64,000 nt of DNA from an uncultured virus (IMG/VR IMGVR_UViG_3300033149_003774) (taxonomy: Duplodnaviria; Heunggongvirae; Uroviricota; Caudoviricetes). The stretch lies in the IMG/VR virus record IMGVR_UViG_3300033149_003774. One strand, given 5' to 3'. Below, one piece after another: positions 17,761 to 26,758 of this stretch; position 1 is the stretch's first letter; every line of letters starts with the position of its first letter. Below the pieces are notes generated by a model, which was given only the letters and a program-made list of their open reading frames with translations, was not told where the DNA came from and ran no database searches. The translations under genes and the position numbers were made by a program.

Positions 17761-17784
17761 TCTTTCATTAATTTAAGAGTCTCA

Positions 17785-18062
17785 TATGGGAATAATATTT
17801 AGTTATTTGATTTATGAACATAGGAATAATTAATTAGTATGAATATAGAATAATAATTAATTATTTGAACTGTAGGAATATTTAGTTATTTAATTTATGA
17901 TCTGTAGGAATAAATAATAAACATAAACTATGAGAATAATTAAATTAATGATCTGTGGGAATAAATAATTAATATGTGGCTGGGGGAATATTGGATTATT
18001 GAATATGATTATTATAGATGAATAGTAGGATTATTTAAACATCATAAACATGGGAATAACAT
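17785..18062. repeat. second degenerate repeat array with GGAATAA/AGAATAA core
   Basis: about nine copies in very AT-rich DNA. Confidence 0.55.
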
Positions 18063-18679
18063 TTGATTAATAATATTACACATGAATACTGCACATGAAC
18101 ATCAGCAGGAGTGGAGTATTGTGCGGTAGAATACATCTTTAATGCAACACTACACCCTCCCCCTCCATCCAATTAACACGTTTAGTGCAACGCGTGCTGT
18201 GCGCCCAATATTAGCTAAACTCCCCTACCCCCACACTTCAATCATCGCTAAAACTAAAGTTAGCTAACACGCACTAAATCTTCATACATATCAATATAAA
18301 TTAACTAGAATTAGTGTTACTCTTAATACTCCCCCACACTTAATAAAATTTAGCTAATATTGGGTATGGGGACTCTCATACCTTTGTAGTATGAACATTT
18401 TCGTAGTGATACTACTACCGCACCAATAAAAAGATTTATAAGAAAATTAATTAATACCCTTCTATAGTACGAATATTTTTGGGGTGATTCTGATGATGTG
18501 TTCGTGATGGATGTTTGTGCTGTGTTTTTTGCTTTGGGAGGGATGAGAAAATAATTGTAAGTCTCCATTATTAATAAAGAGATTTGTAGAAGAAGATGAT
18601 GTTAGATGATGGAGGAGAGAAGAACGGAACGTTTTTATATGTGTGTTATATTGTTTTGTGTAGAGGATGATGGAGTGAT

Positions 18680-19000
18680 GTGTCCCTCTCTCGACGGTTC
18701 GTTGTATTGAGAAATGTTAAAAAACTCTTGTATCTATTGCCACACATTAGGGTTGATGATGATCCAAATCTCCGCGGTGAAATTATGATGTTGCTTCATT
18801 CTAAGCCCTTCTTTCTTTTGGGAGGGAGTGGTCTTTGGAGGAGAGTGAGAATAAAAACATCCCTTTGTGTATCTTCTCCGTGCGAAAATAATAAGGAATA
18901 TGAGAAAAGCTCTCTTCAAATATTCAGGGAAGCGTTTCAAAGGTATTGGAATAAAGTAAGCGAGATGGTTGGAGAGAGGGAGATCGGCGTTGTAGTGTAA
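18680..19000 (+). CDS. hypothetical protein
   Basis: 106-aa ORF after promoter-like TTTTTATAT. Confidence 0.5.
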   Translation: MSLSRRFVVLRNVKKLLYLLPHIRVDDDPNLRGEIMMLLHSKPFFLLGGSGLWRRVRIKTSLCVSSPCENNKEYEKSSLQIFREAFQRYWNKVSEMVGEREIGVVV

Positions 19001-19117
19001 TCCTGTACTTTGTAGAAATATCTTTATGATGATGTCATTTAATGCAAAATGTTTTTATATGTGTGTGGGGTTATTCTCCGTGTGATGATATTTGGGAGAT
19101 GGCTTTTCTAAGATGAG

Positions 19118-19300
19118 TTGGTGGACGGGACGGTGAGTGGAATGGTTCGGTGTAGTAGGTGTGGGGAGCGGCTTCAAAACCTCTGGAGGGAGAAGATGTT
19201 GGAGCAGTATGTGGAGACGGATTACGCCATATGTCCAGTATGCGAGGCGATTTACCGTCGCGTTATTCATACCGATGTTGAGTGGGTTGAGTATGGATGA
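19118..19300 (+). CDS. small zinc-finger protein
   Basis: CSRCG...CPVCE; stop overlaps the methyltransferase start. Confidence 0.55.
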   Translation: MVDGTVSGMVRCSRCGERLQNLWREKMLEQYVETDYAICPVCEAIYRRVIHTDVEWVEYG

Positions 19301-20558
19301 AGGAGGAGAAATAAAGTTTGCTGATGTTTTCTCAGGCATTGGGGGGTTTCGTTTAGGTCTTGAAAAAGCATCAGAAAGGTTCAGATGTGTGTATTCAATT
19401 GACAACAATAAATATGCCAACCAAGTCTATATCAAAAGATTTGGAGAGGAGAACCACCATACAGGCGACATTAGAGGAGTCGATCCGCGGGACATACCCG
19501 ACTTCGATCTCCTTTGTGCGGGATTTCCTTGTCAATCCTTCTCGGTGGCAGGGAAGAGGCGCGGGTTCCAAGATACCCGTGGCACGCTATTCTTCGAGAT
19601 TTCCCGAATTGCGGAGGCTAAAAAACCTGCGATGCTACTCCTCGAAAACGTTAAGGGACTTCTTTCAAACGACCGAGGACAAACCTTCCACACCATTCTT
19701 CGGGAGCTGGGGCGTCTCGGATATTGGGCGGAGTGGCAGGTTCTTAACAGCAAATATTTCGGGGTTCCGCAGAATCGGGAACGCGTGTTCATTATTGGAC
19801 ATCTTAGAAACAAAAGTTCCCGACCAATATTTCCTGTCACCGAAATTGGTGAAGACTCTACTGGAACACAAGAAGAGGCACGAGGAGAAGGGTCATGGTT
19901 TCGGGATGAACGTGATAACGCTTCAAGAAGCCTCGGAGTCGGAGGAAGTGAAAGAGGGAAAAACCTAATAACGGTTCAAACTGCTCATCTCCATCCCAAC
20001 AGGTGGGGAAACTGGTTTAAGGAGAGTGAGGTTTCCCCAACAATTGATGGTGCTGGAAGTGTAGGGATCGTCGCGAATACGATTAGCCATCGCTATTATA
20101 AAGATGGAAGTGAGAATTTGATACAAATTGGAGATGTATTCCCCAGTAGAGGTGAGGCGGGGAGGGTGTACGCCCCATCTGGGGTTTCAAGAACGATAAA
20201 GGAAGGTGGGGGCGTTGGCGCAAAAACTGGACTTTATGCAGTTCCAGATGTGGCGAATACTGTAGATCAAGACGGGTATCTGCGATTCGGAAACCGCCCC
20301 CGCGACGAAAGAGGAAAACCACAACTAATCCCCATAGGATACAGGCGCATACGGCGACTAACCCCCGTCGAGTGCGAGAGACTCCAAGGCTTCCCCGATG
20401 GATGGACGGAATATGGCGTAGATCCTGATGGGGTGCGGGTCAAGATTTCAGATACACAACGATACAAGATGCTAGGGAATGCAGTTAGTGTTCCAGTAAT
20501 AACATTTTTAGGAAAACAAATATTGTTATCACTTGGTGGTGACTATGGGTCACAGTAA
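19293..20558 (+). CDS. dcm: DNA (cytosine-5)-methyltransferase
   Basis: motifs I DVFSGIGG, IV GFPCQSFS, VI ENVKG, VIII QNRERVF, IX RRLTPVECERLQGFPD, X GNAVSVP. Confidence 0.95.
   Translation: MDEGGEIKFADVFSGIGGFRLGLEKASERFRCVYSIDNNKYANQVYIKRFGEENHHTGDIRGVDPRDIPDFDLLCAGFPCQSFSVAGKRRGFQDTRGTLFFEISRIAEAKKPAMLLLENVKGLLSNDRGQTFHTILRELGRLGYWAEWQVLNSKYFGVPQNRERVFIIGHLRNKSSRPIFPVTEIGEDSTGTQEEARGEGSWFRDERDNASRSLGVGGSERGKNLITVQTAHLHPNRWGNWFKESEVSPTIDGAGSVGIVANTISHRYYKDGSENLIQIGDVFPSRGEAGRVYAPSGVSRTIKEGGGVGAKTGLYAVPDVANTVDQDGYLRFGNRPRDERGKPQLIPIGYRRIRRLTPVECERLQGFPDGWTEYGVDPDGVRVKISDTQRYKMLGNAVSVPVITFLGKQILLSLGGDYGSQ
19360..19968 (+). CDS. overprinted ORF inside the C5 methyltransferase, beta-polypeptide-like
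   Basis: 202-codon alternative frame containing CSLLDILETKVPDQYFLSPK; true start unknown. Confidence 0.5.
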   Translation: MKKHQKGSDVCIQLTTINMPTKSISKDLERRTTIQATLEESIRGTYPTSISFVRDFLVNPSRWQGRGAGSKIPVARYSSRFPELRRLKNLRCYSSKTLRDFFQTTEDKPSTPFFGSWGVSDIGRSGRFLTANISGFRRIGNACSLLDILETKVPDQYFLSPKLVKTLLEHKKRHEEKGHGFGMNVITLQEASESEEVKEGKT

Positions 20559-20642
20559 AAAGAACTTTAAATCAGGTGTAAATCCAAGAAAGAACGTGAT
20601 CACTTTCTTAGGACGTAGGATAGGGGAGGCGAGCTAAAGTTC

Positions 20643-21977
20643 TTGGAGTTACCAGTAAACCAAATAATCTTGGGAAACTGCATCGATGTGATGCGGGGAT
20701 GGTCTGAGAATTCAATCGACTGTGTTGTGACTGATCCGCCCTACGGCATCGGTTTTATGGGGAGGGACTGGGACAAAACCCTTCCACCCAAAGAGGCATT
20801 CCGTGAGGTGCTTCGGGTTTTGAAACCTGGGGCACTGGCATTCGTGATGTCTTCTCCCAGACAAGACGTACTCTGGCGGATGTTGAAAATGCTAGAGGAT
20901 GTCGGGTTCGTATTGAAACAGAGTTTCATATCGTGGATTTATAAGACTGGTTTTCCCAAGGCGATGAATATTAGTAAAATGATTGATAAGAAATTAGGAT
21001 TTGATGCTTTGAAGATTAAGGAGCTAGAATCATCTAGAAGAAAGCGAGATAATGTTTTAGGGCGTATGTTTGGGAAAAAAACTTATGAATATGAATATAT
21101 TACTAATGAGGCTAAGAAGTGGAATGGATGGAAAAGTATAGGAGGTTTAAAACCTGCCTTAGAGTGTATTCTTATGGTCTATAAACCCTTGTCGGAAGGG
21201 ACGATTGTGGATAATGTTTTGAAGTGGGGAACGGGAGCGATAAACGTGGATGCATGCAGAATACCTTTTTATAAACCCATAAAACCTATGAAACCCTCTA
21301 CAAATCCTCCACATCCAAACGATCATAATGGAAGTTGGGCTGATGGTGCCGTTAAGGAAAGAGAAATGTGGTTCCCTTCGAGGGGGCGTTTTCCCGCCAA
21401 CCTCCTCGTATCCGACAAGGCGTTAGACACGGGAAAAATAACCAAATCTGTAGGCGGCAGAACGACGAAACGAACAATAGGTGGGCGGGAAATTTATAGA
21501 GGCGGTAAAATACTGCAAAGGGATTATTTGGGAGACGCTGGCGATCAAAGTCGCTACTTCGATCTCGACGCTTGGGCGAAACATCATGGTTTTCTCGATG
21601 TGCCGAAACCATCACAAAGAGAACGCAACCTCGGTTTGGGAAATATGAAAAAGGGATCACCACCTCGAACTGGAAGAAGCAAACCAGCAAAGGGTCGCAA
21701 ACGGGCTTTAGGAAGGGATAGAGCCAATTTTCATCCCACCGTAAAACCCATCAAACTTATGGCTTACCTCATCGAACTCGGCTGCTCCAAGAATGGCGTT
21801 GTTCTCGATCCCTTTGTGGGGAGTGGAACCACCTGCATCGCCGCCAAACGACTCCGCCGCAAGTGGATAGGTATTGAGGACAACCCCGTATATGTGGAGA
21901 TCGCCCGTAGAAGGATTACCCCAAAAGGTCCACTTGATCAGTACATCACGCCAAGGGAGGATGAGGAACGAAGATGA
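20643..21977 (+). CDS. DNA amino-methyltransferase (N6A/N4C, beta class)
   Basis: TDPPYG, HPTVKP, DPFVGSGTT. Confidence 0.9.
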   Translation: MELPVNQIILGNCIDVMRGWSENSIDCVVTDPPYGIGFMGRDWDKTLPPKEAFREVLRVLKPGALAFVMSSPRQDVLWRMLKMLEDVGFVLKQSFISWIYKTGFPKAMNISKMIDKKLGFDALKIKELESSRRKRDNVLGRMFGKKTYEYEYITNEAKKWNGWKSIGGLKPALECILMVYKPLSEGTIVDNVLKWGTGAINVDACRIPFYKPIKPMKPSTNPPHPNDHNGSWADGAVKEREMWFPSRGRFPANLLVSDKALDTGKITKSVGGRTTKRTIGGREIYRGGKILQRDYLGDAGDQSRYFDLDAWAKHHGFLDVPKPSQRERNLGLGNMKKGSPPRTGRSKPAKGRKRALGRDRANFHPTVKPIKLMAYLIELGCSKNGVVLDPFVGSGTTCIAAKRLRRKWIGIEDNPVYVEIARRRITPKGPLDQYITPREDEERR

Positions 21978-22109
21978 TAATGCTACTATCGTTCTAGTCG
22001 TGGGGGATCAGGGGAACCACAATGTTTAAATATAAGATTTGTTTTACTAATGGAGGATGAATAATATGATGGAATCTTGGGAAAGACCTCCACAGGAAAT
22101 TTATGATAA

Positions 22110-22129
22110 ATTTCTACGGAGGCTGAGGC
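22110..22129. repeat. 20-bp exact direct repeat, copy 1
   Basis: atttctacggaggctgaggc, identical at 23484-23503. Confidence 0.85.
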
Positions 22130-22146
22130 TTGATAGAATTGATTGA

Positions 22147-22362
22147 TTGGAGGGCGTTGGACGTATGAGCGTAGAGTTGAAGGGTAGGGTCAAGATGGTT
22201 GAAAAACTGCTCCTAGGCGATGTAGCGATAACCATCGATGAGGGCCTGGAGCCAACGTTCAGACTTACGTTGAAGCAGTTCAGGAACCTCGGCAGCCCCA
22301 ACGTCGGCGAAGAACTCGTAATGACCTTAGCAAAGCGAAAAGGAGGTGAAAGCGAGGAATGA
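22147..22362 (+). CDS. hypothetical protein
   Basis: GC-richer ORF coupled to the next gene. Confidence 0.55.
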   Translation: MEGVGRMSVELKGRVKMVEKLLLGDVAITIDEGLEPTFRLTLKQFRNLGSPNVGEELVMTLAKRKGGESEE

Positions 22363-22610
22363 CTGAACGGAAGATCCTCCCCATCCTGAGCTGCGACGCA
22401 AGCAAAGGCGGCGTCCTGAAGGCTGACAAAGACTTCCTCTACAGGCTCATCAACGGCCCGCCCCTTCCCTACCACAAGCTATACCTCAAGGTTACTCGGA
22501 TTAAAACCGATGAGAAGGAATGTTCTAAACGGCGTGATGGTGAGTGGAAAATAGAGACGATAGATGATGGAATTCGCTCCTTTGAATTAGGTTACATTGT
22601 CACCGAGTAA
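22359..22610 (+). CDS. hypothetical protein
   Basis: ORF with GGAGGTGA RBS. Confidence 0.55.
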   Translation: MTERKILPILSCDASKGGVLKADKDFLYRLINGPPLPYHKLYLKVTRIKTDEKECSKRRDGEWKIETIDDGIRSFELGYIVTE

Positions 22611-22796
22611 AAAACTGGGGAATGTGGACTCTTTTGGAGTGTAGGAGTTTCTTTTTTTGTTTGTTGGATTTGGATTTACGAACTAAAGGACATAAAAAAA
22701 GTATCGGATGATATATTTGATAGAGTGAACCGATATATGTTAATATCGCTTATAGAAGTAGTATGATGAAGAGACTTTAAAAGGTTGTTCATACGT

Positions 22797-23288
22797 ATGT
22801 TGTGGTTTACGGCGGATCATCATTTTGGGCATTCTAATATAATTAAATACTGTAATCGTCCATTCAAGTCAGTAGAACATATGAATGCGGAGATGGTGCG
22901 TCGGTGGAATGAGAGAGTGGCTTCAGAGGATAGAGTTTTCCATCTGGGGGATTTTTGCTTCGAGGGGAACTCCCGCTCAGAAACATTCAAGTCTTGGACG
23001 AATATACTCAACGGTGAGATCATCTTGATCCGTGGCAACCATGATAGATGGAGGAATTCTCGTATAGTTTCTGCCGATATAAAACTAGGAGGTCGTCTCA
23101 TCCATCTCAGCCACCGCCCAGAGTTCGTATATGAACTGAATTTCTGTGCTCACGTCCATAATGGATGGAGGGTGAAGAGGAAGGACAGAAAGGTGGTGGT
23201 GAATGTGGGCGTAGATGTTTGGGACTTCTACCCCGTAACACTAGCGGAAATACTGGATGTGATCAAGAATGAAGAGGGAAATCTTTAA
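22797..23288 (+). CDS. calcineurin-like metallophosphoesterase
   Basis: DHHFGH, HLGDF, GNHD, HVH motifs. Confidence 0.9.
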   Translation: MLWFTADHHFGHSNIIKYCNRPFKSVEHMNAEMVRRWNERVASEDRVFHLGDFCFEGNSRSETFKSWTNILNGEIILIRGNHDRWRNSRIVSADIKLGGRLIHLSHRPEFVYELNFCAHVHNGWRVKRKDRKVVVNVGVDVWDFYPVTLAEILDVIKNEEGNL

Positions 23289-23483
23289 ATACCAGTACTT
23301 GATACAAGTCGTTGGTTGAAATGGGAATTGGAAAAATTAATATCGAAGGAGGGCATAAAAAATAACTGTTCGTGTTTTACACGCGCGTGAAATACCACTA
23401 ACTCACCGTCCACGTAATGTCTTTCACCGTAAAATCCACGAACATGAACGATGGCTTGCCAAGAAACGCCGACAACATCAATC

Positions 23484-23503
23484 ATTTCTACGGAGGCTGA
23501 GGC
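23484..23503. repeat. 20-bp exact direct repeat, copy 2
   Basis: identical to 22110-22129. Confidence 0.85.
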
Positions 23504-23565
23504 ATTAATGGAGCTGTGTCTATGAACCGAAATGTTTAAATATATAAGTACCGTCTCTTTTTTGC

Positions 23566-23754
23566 ATGGAGTTGGTGGAGGTGATGTTGGTGGCGAAAAA
23601 AATACTCGTTGTAACTGCTGACGGTCAGAAAGAGTTCTTTGAGGGTAATGATATTAGATCAGAAATCTATAAAGATTTCCTTCGTGTGTGTGATGGAGAA
23701 CAAGTGTTGGGATTTTTCAAATATTGGCAATATACCCGTGTATGGAGGAGATAA
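23566..23754 (+). CDS. small hypothetical protein
   Basis: ORF after AAATGTTTAAATATA promoter-like box. Confidence 0.55.
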   Translation: MELVEVMLVAKKILVVTADGQKEFFEGNDIRSEIYKDFLRVCDGEQVLGFFKYWQYTRVWRR

Positions 23755-23758
23755 AAGG

Positions 23759-23917
23759 ATGAGAACCTTTTCCCTGACGACGAAACCGCTTTCATGGAGG
23801 AAGCGTTTGAAATTGATCTGGATACTTCTCTTGACGGGGCGGTTCGATCTAACTGCGGAGTATGATTGTGACTCTATAAAAATAGGGGAGGTAGGAAGTA
23901 TTGAAAAAGGGAAATAG
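23759..23917 (+). CDS. small hypothetical protein
   Basis: GGAGGAG RBS, MRTFSLTT... Confidence 0.5.
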   Translation: MRTFSLTTKPLSWRKRLKLIWILLLTGRFDLTAEYDCDSIKIGEVGSIEKGK

Positions 23918-23952
23918 AAGAGTAATGGAAAGGAGAAATTGATTTTGGTGAA

Positions 23953-24144
23953 GTGAAAATGATGAGGCAGGAAGCAAAATTACCAAAGTGTTCTTACTGT
24001 GATCGGGTTTTGAGAGATGAACTTTGGCTTGAGATCTCTTCTGTAGAAGATGGAAAAATAGAAAAACGTTTGATTTGTCCGAGATGTCTTATGCGAGCCT
24101 TTGATGAAGTTCTCTCCAAAAAAACGGAAAACCACAATATTTAA
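23953..24144 (+). CDS. small zinc-finger protein
   Basis: CSYC...CPRC. Confidence 0.6.
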   Translation: MKMMRQEAKLPKCSYCDRVLRDELWLEISSVEDGKIEKRLICPRCLMRAFDEVLSKKTENHNI

Positions 24145-24179
24145 ATATAAGCGCGTGATAGAGTTATATGTTTCATCGT

Positions 24180-24370
24180 ATTCCCCCAAGGGGCATATGG
24201 TGGAAACGCAGAACCGCACCAGCACAAGTGTCGGGGGTAGGCTGGTTGAAGCATGGGACTTCACGAGTAGGGTCATCGGCGGAGCATAGTTCGACCGTAG
24301 TGAGAATGTGAGAGATAAGATGGAATATAAGAAGAATATGCGGTTCGGAACCCCGACCCGACAATTTTTC
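24180..24370 (+). ncRNA. putative pseudoknotted non-coding RNA (element E)
   Basis: gaaccgca/tgcggttc; accagc/gctggt hairpin whose loop gtcgggg matches 3' ccccgac; tgaag/cttca; TTTAAATA upstream and T-tract downstream. Confidence 0.55.
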
Positions 24371-24675
24371 ATTCCTAATTGGGAATTAAAAGAGGTTGTG
24401 TCAGACAAAGGTTTTTTGTTTAAAAAACAATAACAGCAAAATGTTTTTATGTATAATGCTCTTCTATAGTTATTTGATGAGTGGGGATGGGGAGGACCGA
24501 GGATGAGGATTGTGTGTTTTATAGATAAAGAGGGACATATTGGAACTTGCACCAATTTTGATTCCGAGGGGGACTGTGAGCATTGTAGTTTCTATCAGAA
24601 ATATAAGGGAAGGGAGAGCGAGGAGTTCTCTTATGTCTGTTGGATAGGCGAATTAGATAAGGGACAGGAAGTAAT

Positions 24676-24951
24676 ATGATTGTTTATCACGTAACATCAA
24701 TATCTAAATTTCTAAGATATCTTAGAAATGGGAGGATAGGTCCACCTGTTAGAGCGTGGGAAACAATAGAGGAAGCAGAAAGATTTAGTAAACAGACAGG
24801 GAGACAGATAATATTGAGATTGAAGTTCCCCGATAATGCAGAAAAAATGAAGGGACATAAGAACAAAGCAAGAATATTAAACAAACCGATATTTGTTTCT
24901 GATGTTTTTAATGGATGGAGTGGAGTGAGAAAATACACTCCATCTATTTAG
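24676..24951 (+). CDS. hypothetical protein (possible ADP-ribosyltransferase-like fold)
   Basis: N-terminal VYHVT motif only; fold guess is weak. Confidence 0.5.
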   Translation: MIVYHVTSISKFLRYLRNGRIGPPVRAWETIEEAERFSKQTGRQIILRLKFPDNAEKMKGHKNKARILNKPIFVSDVFNGWSGVRKYTPSI

Positions 24952-25079
24952 GAAGAATTATCTTTATCCTCTCCTAACTTCGAGCCACACACCAAACAAA
25001 ACTCGGTAAGTGGAACTCTCCATCCACAGGTATGGCAAACTACCAGTCTGATTTTTTTCTCGTTGTTTTTTTCATTCAT
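24948..25079 (-). CDS. small zinc-ribbon protein
   Basis: CHTCG...CLVCG. Confidence 0.55.
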   Translation of the reverse strand: MNEKNNEKKIRLVVCHTCGWRVPLTEFCLVCGSKLGEDKDNSS

Positions 25080-25101
25080 ATATTTTTCACCAATCCTTAG
25101 A

Positions 25102-25623
25102 TCATAAAAAGAGTTTTTTCCATTCTTCCTCCTTATACTTGAGCCAAGAGTCAAGGTGGGAGATAACCGTCCGTTTATCTTTTTCATAAACCCAAACCTC
25201 TTTAGCTTTCTTTAATAGCCATAGCCAAAATCCATACCAATCAATATTTTTTCCAAGGAGTTCTCCGTCCAATTCTTGGAATGCCTTAACCCACTCAGGA
25301 TGTTCAAAGGTTTCTGGACGCCTTTCTGAGATCATCCTATATGCTCTATTTAATGAGACATTATATTTCAAATGAAAATAAATAGCGGCTAGGAAGGGGG
25401 AACGATCAATCCCCCCCAAGCAGTGGAGTAGAATCCGATGTTTCTGTGAAGCTATGATGATGAGATTTGCCACCTCTCGAAGTATTCGCATAGTTGCGCT
25501 TTTTACTCCCCGATAGAATGGTCTCACATCGATCACCAAATCAATTTTTTCCTTTTTGAGAAGCTCTTCATTTTTTGAGTCGAGGAGGTTTCCAACCGCC
25601 ACACTTTCATCTATCCAATTCAT
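25102..25623 (-). CDS. dual-specificity protein phosphatase
   Basis: HCLGGIDRSP (HCx5R) active site. Confidence 0.9.
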   Translation of the reverse strand: MNWIDESVAVGNLLDSKNEELLKKEKIDLVIDVRPFYRGVKSATMRILREVANLIIIASQKHRILLHCLGGIDRSPFLAAIYFHLKYNVSLNRAYRMISERRPETFEHPEWVKAFQELDGELLGKNIDWYGFWLWLLKKAKEVWVYEKDKRTVISHLDSWLKYKEEEWKKLFL

Positions 25624-25990
25624 CCTTATTCCCCAAATTATGTTCATTAACCTTACAAACTTTGTATAACCAACCGAACTGCGGAAAATTTCCCCCATTT
25701 AGTCTTTTTATTGCATCTACCCACTCATCAATTGTTTTAAAACCACTCCACTCAACATAGGGTATCAGGGGAGAAAAATTCGGGAACCCCACTAATGAAA
25801 AAACCGACCAACCCTTCAAAAGAGTGATTTTAACATCACATATTTTCTTTCCCCCCCTTCTATCAGTAGCCCAATCCCTCCGCGGTTTTTCATAGTCTGA
25901 ATTTTTTCGCAGGTTTTTTCTGAATGTGTAAACTAATCCCTTCTCAAGAAGTTGATGGCGAGCGTTTGGGTCGGAAAATATGATCACCAT
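25607..25990 (-). CDS. ASCH/PUA-like domain protein
   Basis: GLVYTFR and SGFKTIDEW motifs. Confidence 0.55.
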   Translation of the reverse strand: MVIIFSDPNARHQLLEKGLVYTFRKNLRKNSDYEKPRRDWATDRRGGKKICDVKITLLKGWSVFSLVGFPNFSPLIPYVEWSGFKTIDEWVDAIKRLNGGNFPQFGWLYKVCKVNEHNLGNKDELDR

Positions 25991-26130
25991 TTTTTATCTA
26001 ACACCTTTTCTGGATAGATCAAACTCGGTTTCGGTAACACTTCGTTTTAATGAGATATGTAACGTCATATTTAAGTGTTTCCATCAGAAAACAAAACATT
26101 TAAATAATGTTTGTGCGGTTCTTCTATGTG

Positions 26131-26373
26131 ATGAGTTTGGTCAAAACATTCAAGAAAATATTAAAGAATGTCTCTATGCCTCGGTGTTTTTTGATCAGAA
26201 ACACTATGAAAAGAAGGCTGTCTGAGGAAGCCATCGACTATCATATAGATTTTTTGACAAAAGTTTCTAATTTTATCTTATCTGAAGCGGAAAAACATCT
26301 AAAAGATGAATCGGAAATAACAAAAGAAGCATTAGAAGCAGTTTTAAAGAAAGGAATCAGAATAAAAATATAG
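26131..26373 (+). CDS. histone-fold-like protein
   Basis: RLSEEA-x16-SEA spacing matches archaeal histone RVSDDA-x16-SEA, followed by ITKEALEAV. Confidence 0.55.
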   Translation: MSLVKTFKKILKNVSMPRCFLIRNTMKRRLSEEAIDYHIDFLTKVSNFILSEAEKHLKDESEITKEALEAVLKKGIRIKI

Positions 26374-26383
26374 TTTTTCAGAA

Positions 26384-26647
26384 TTATTTTGCTTTTTTAT
26401 TTAATGAAATTACATTATCATCCATTCTGATTAAATTATTTTTGATGGATTTTTTGAGTATTGATTCAAAAACACTTGGGGTTGCCGCGACGCCCAATCT
26501 TCTCTTCACGATGGGGAGCGGTAGATCTCCCTCTCTTCTTAATAATGCAAGTAATTCAAGTTGTAATGCCTTGGATAGTGGTGTTGGAGGGGAAAGTTTA
26601 ATATTGAATTTGGATGTAGTCCTTCGGGTCAATATATCCTCTACCAC
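26384..26647 (-). CDS. possible winged-helix protein
   Basis: helix-turn-helix-like pattern with C-terminal beta hairpin; start uncertain. Confidence 0.4.
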   Translation of the reverse strand: MVEDILTRRTTSKFNIKLSPPTPLSKALQLELLALLRREGDLPLPIVKRRLGVAATPSVFESILKKSIKNNLIRMDDNVISLNKKAK

Positions 26648-26753
26648 CGCAGACTGGGCATATTTCAGCCCCCCTCATCGTTTCAACCCATCCCTTTCCG
26701 CCACAACCATGACACGGAGGATGTGTTATATTTACTTCTACCGTTTCTACCAT
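26598..26753 (-). CDS. small DnaJ-type zinc-finger protein (below the ORF-track cutoff)
   Basis: CHGCGGKG...CPVCGGRG read manually, 51 aa. Confidence 0.65.
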   Translation of the reverse strand: MVETVEVNITHPPCHGCGGKGWVETMRGAEICPVCGGRGYIDPKDYIQIQY

Positions 26754-26758
26754 TTTCA

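Noticed and set aside
17335..18062. CRISPR array
   Set aside because: Units are degenerate and nearly contiguous, with no identical repeats separated by unique spacers; the Cas4-like gene is solitary, as is common in viruses
19137..19292. N-terminal extension of dcm given in the ORF track
   Set aside because: It overlaps a zinc-finger ORF; motif I follows the ATG at 19293
24230..24357. tRNA with intron
   Set aside because: Acceptor-like pairing and GGTTCG are present, but there is no 5-bp T-stem or D-arm; treated as another structured RNA
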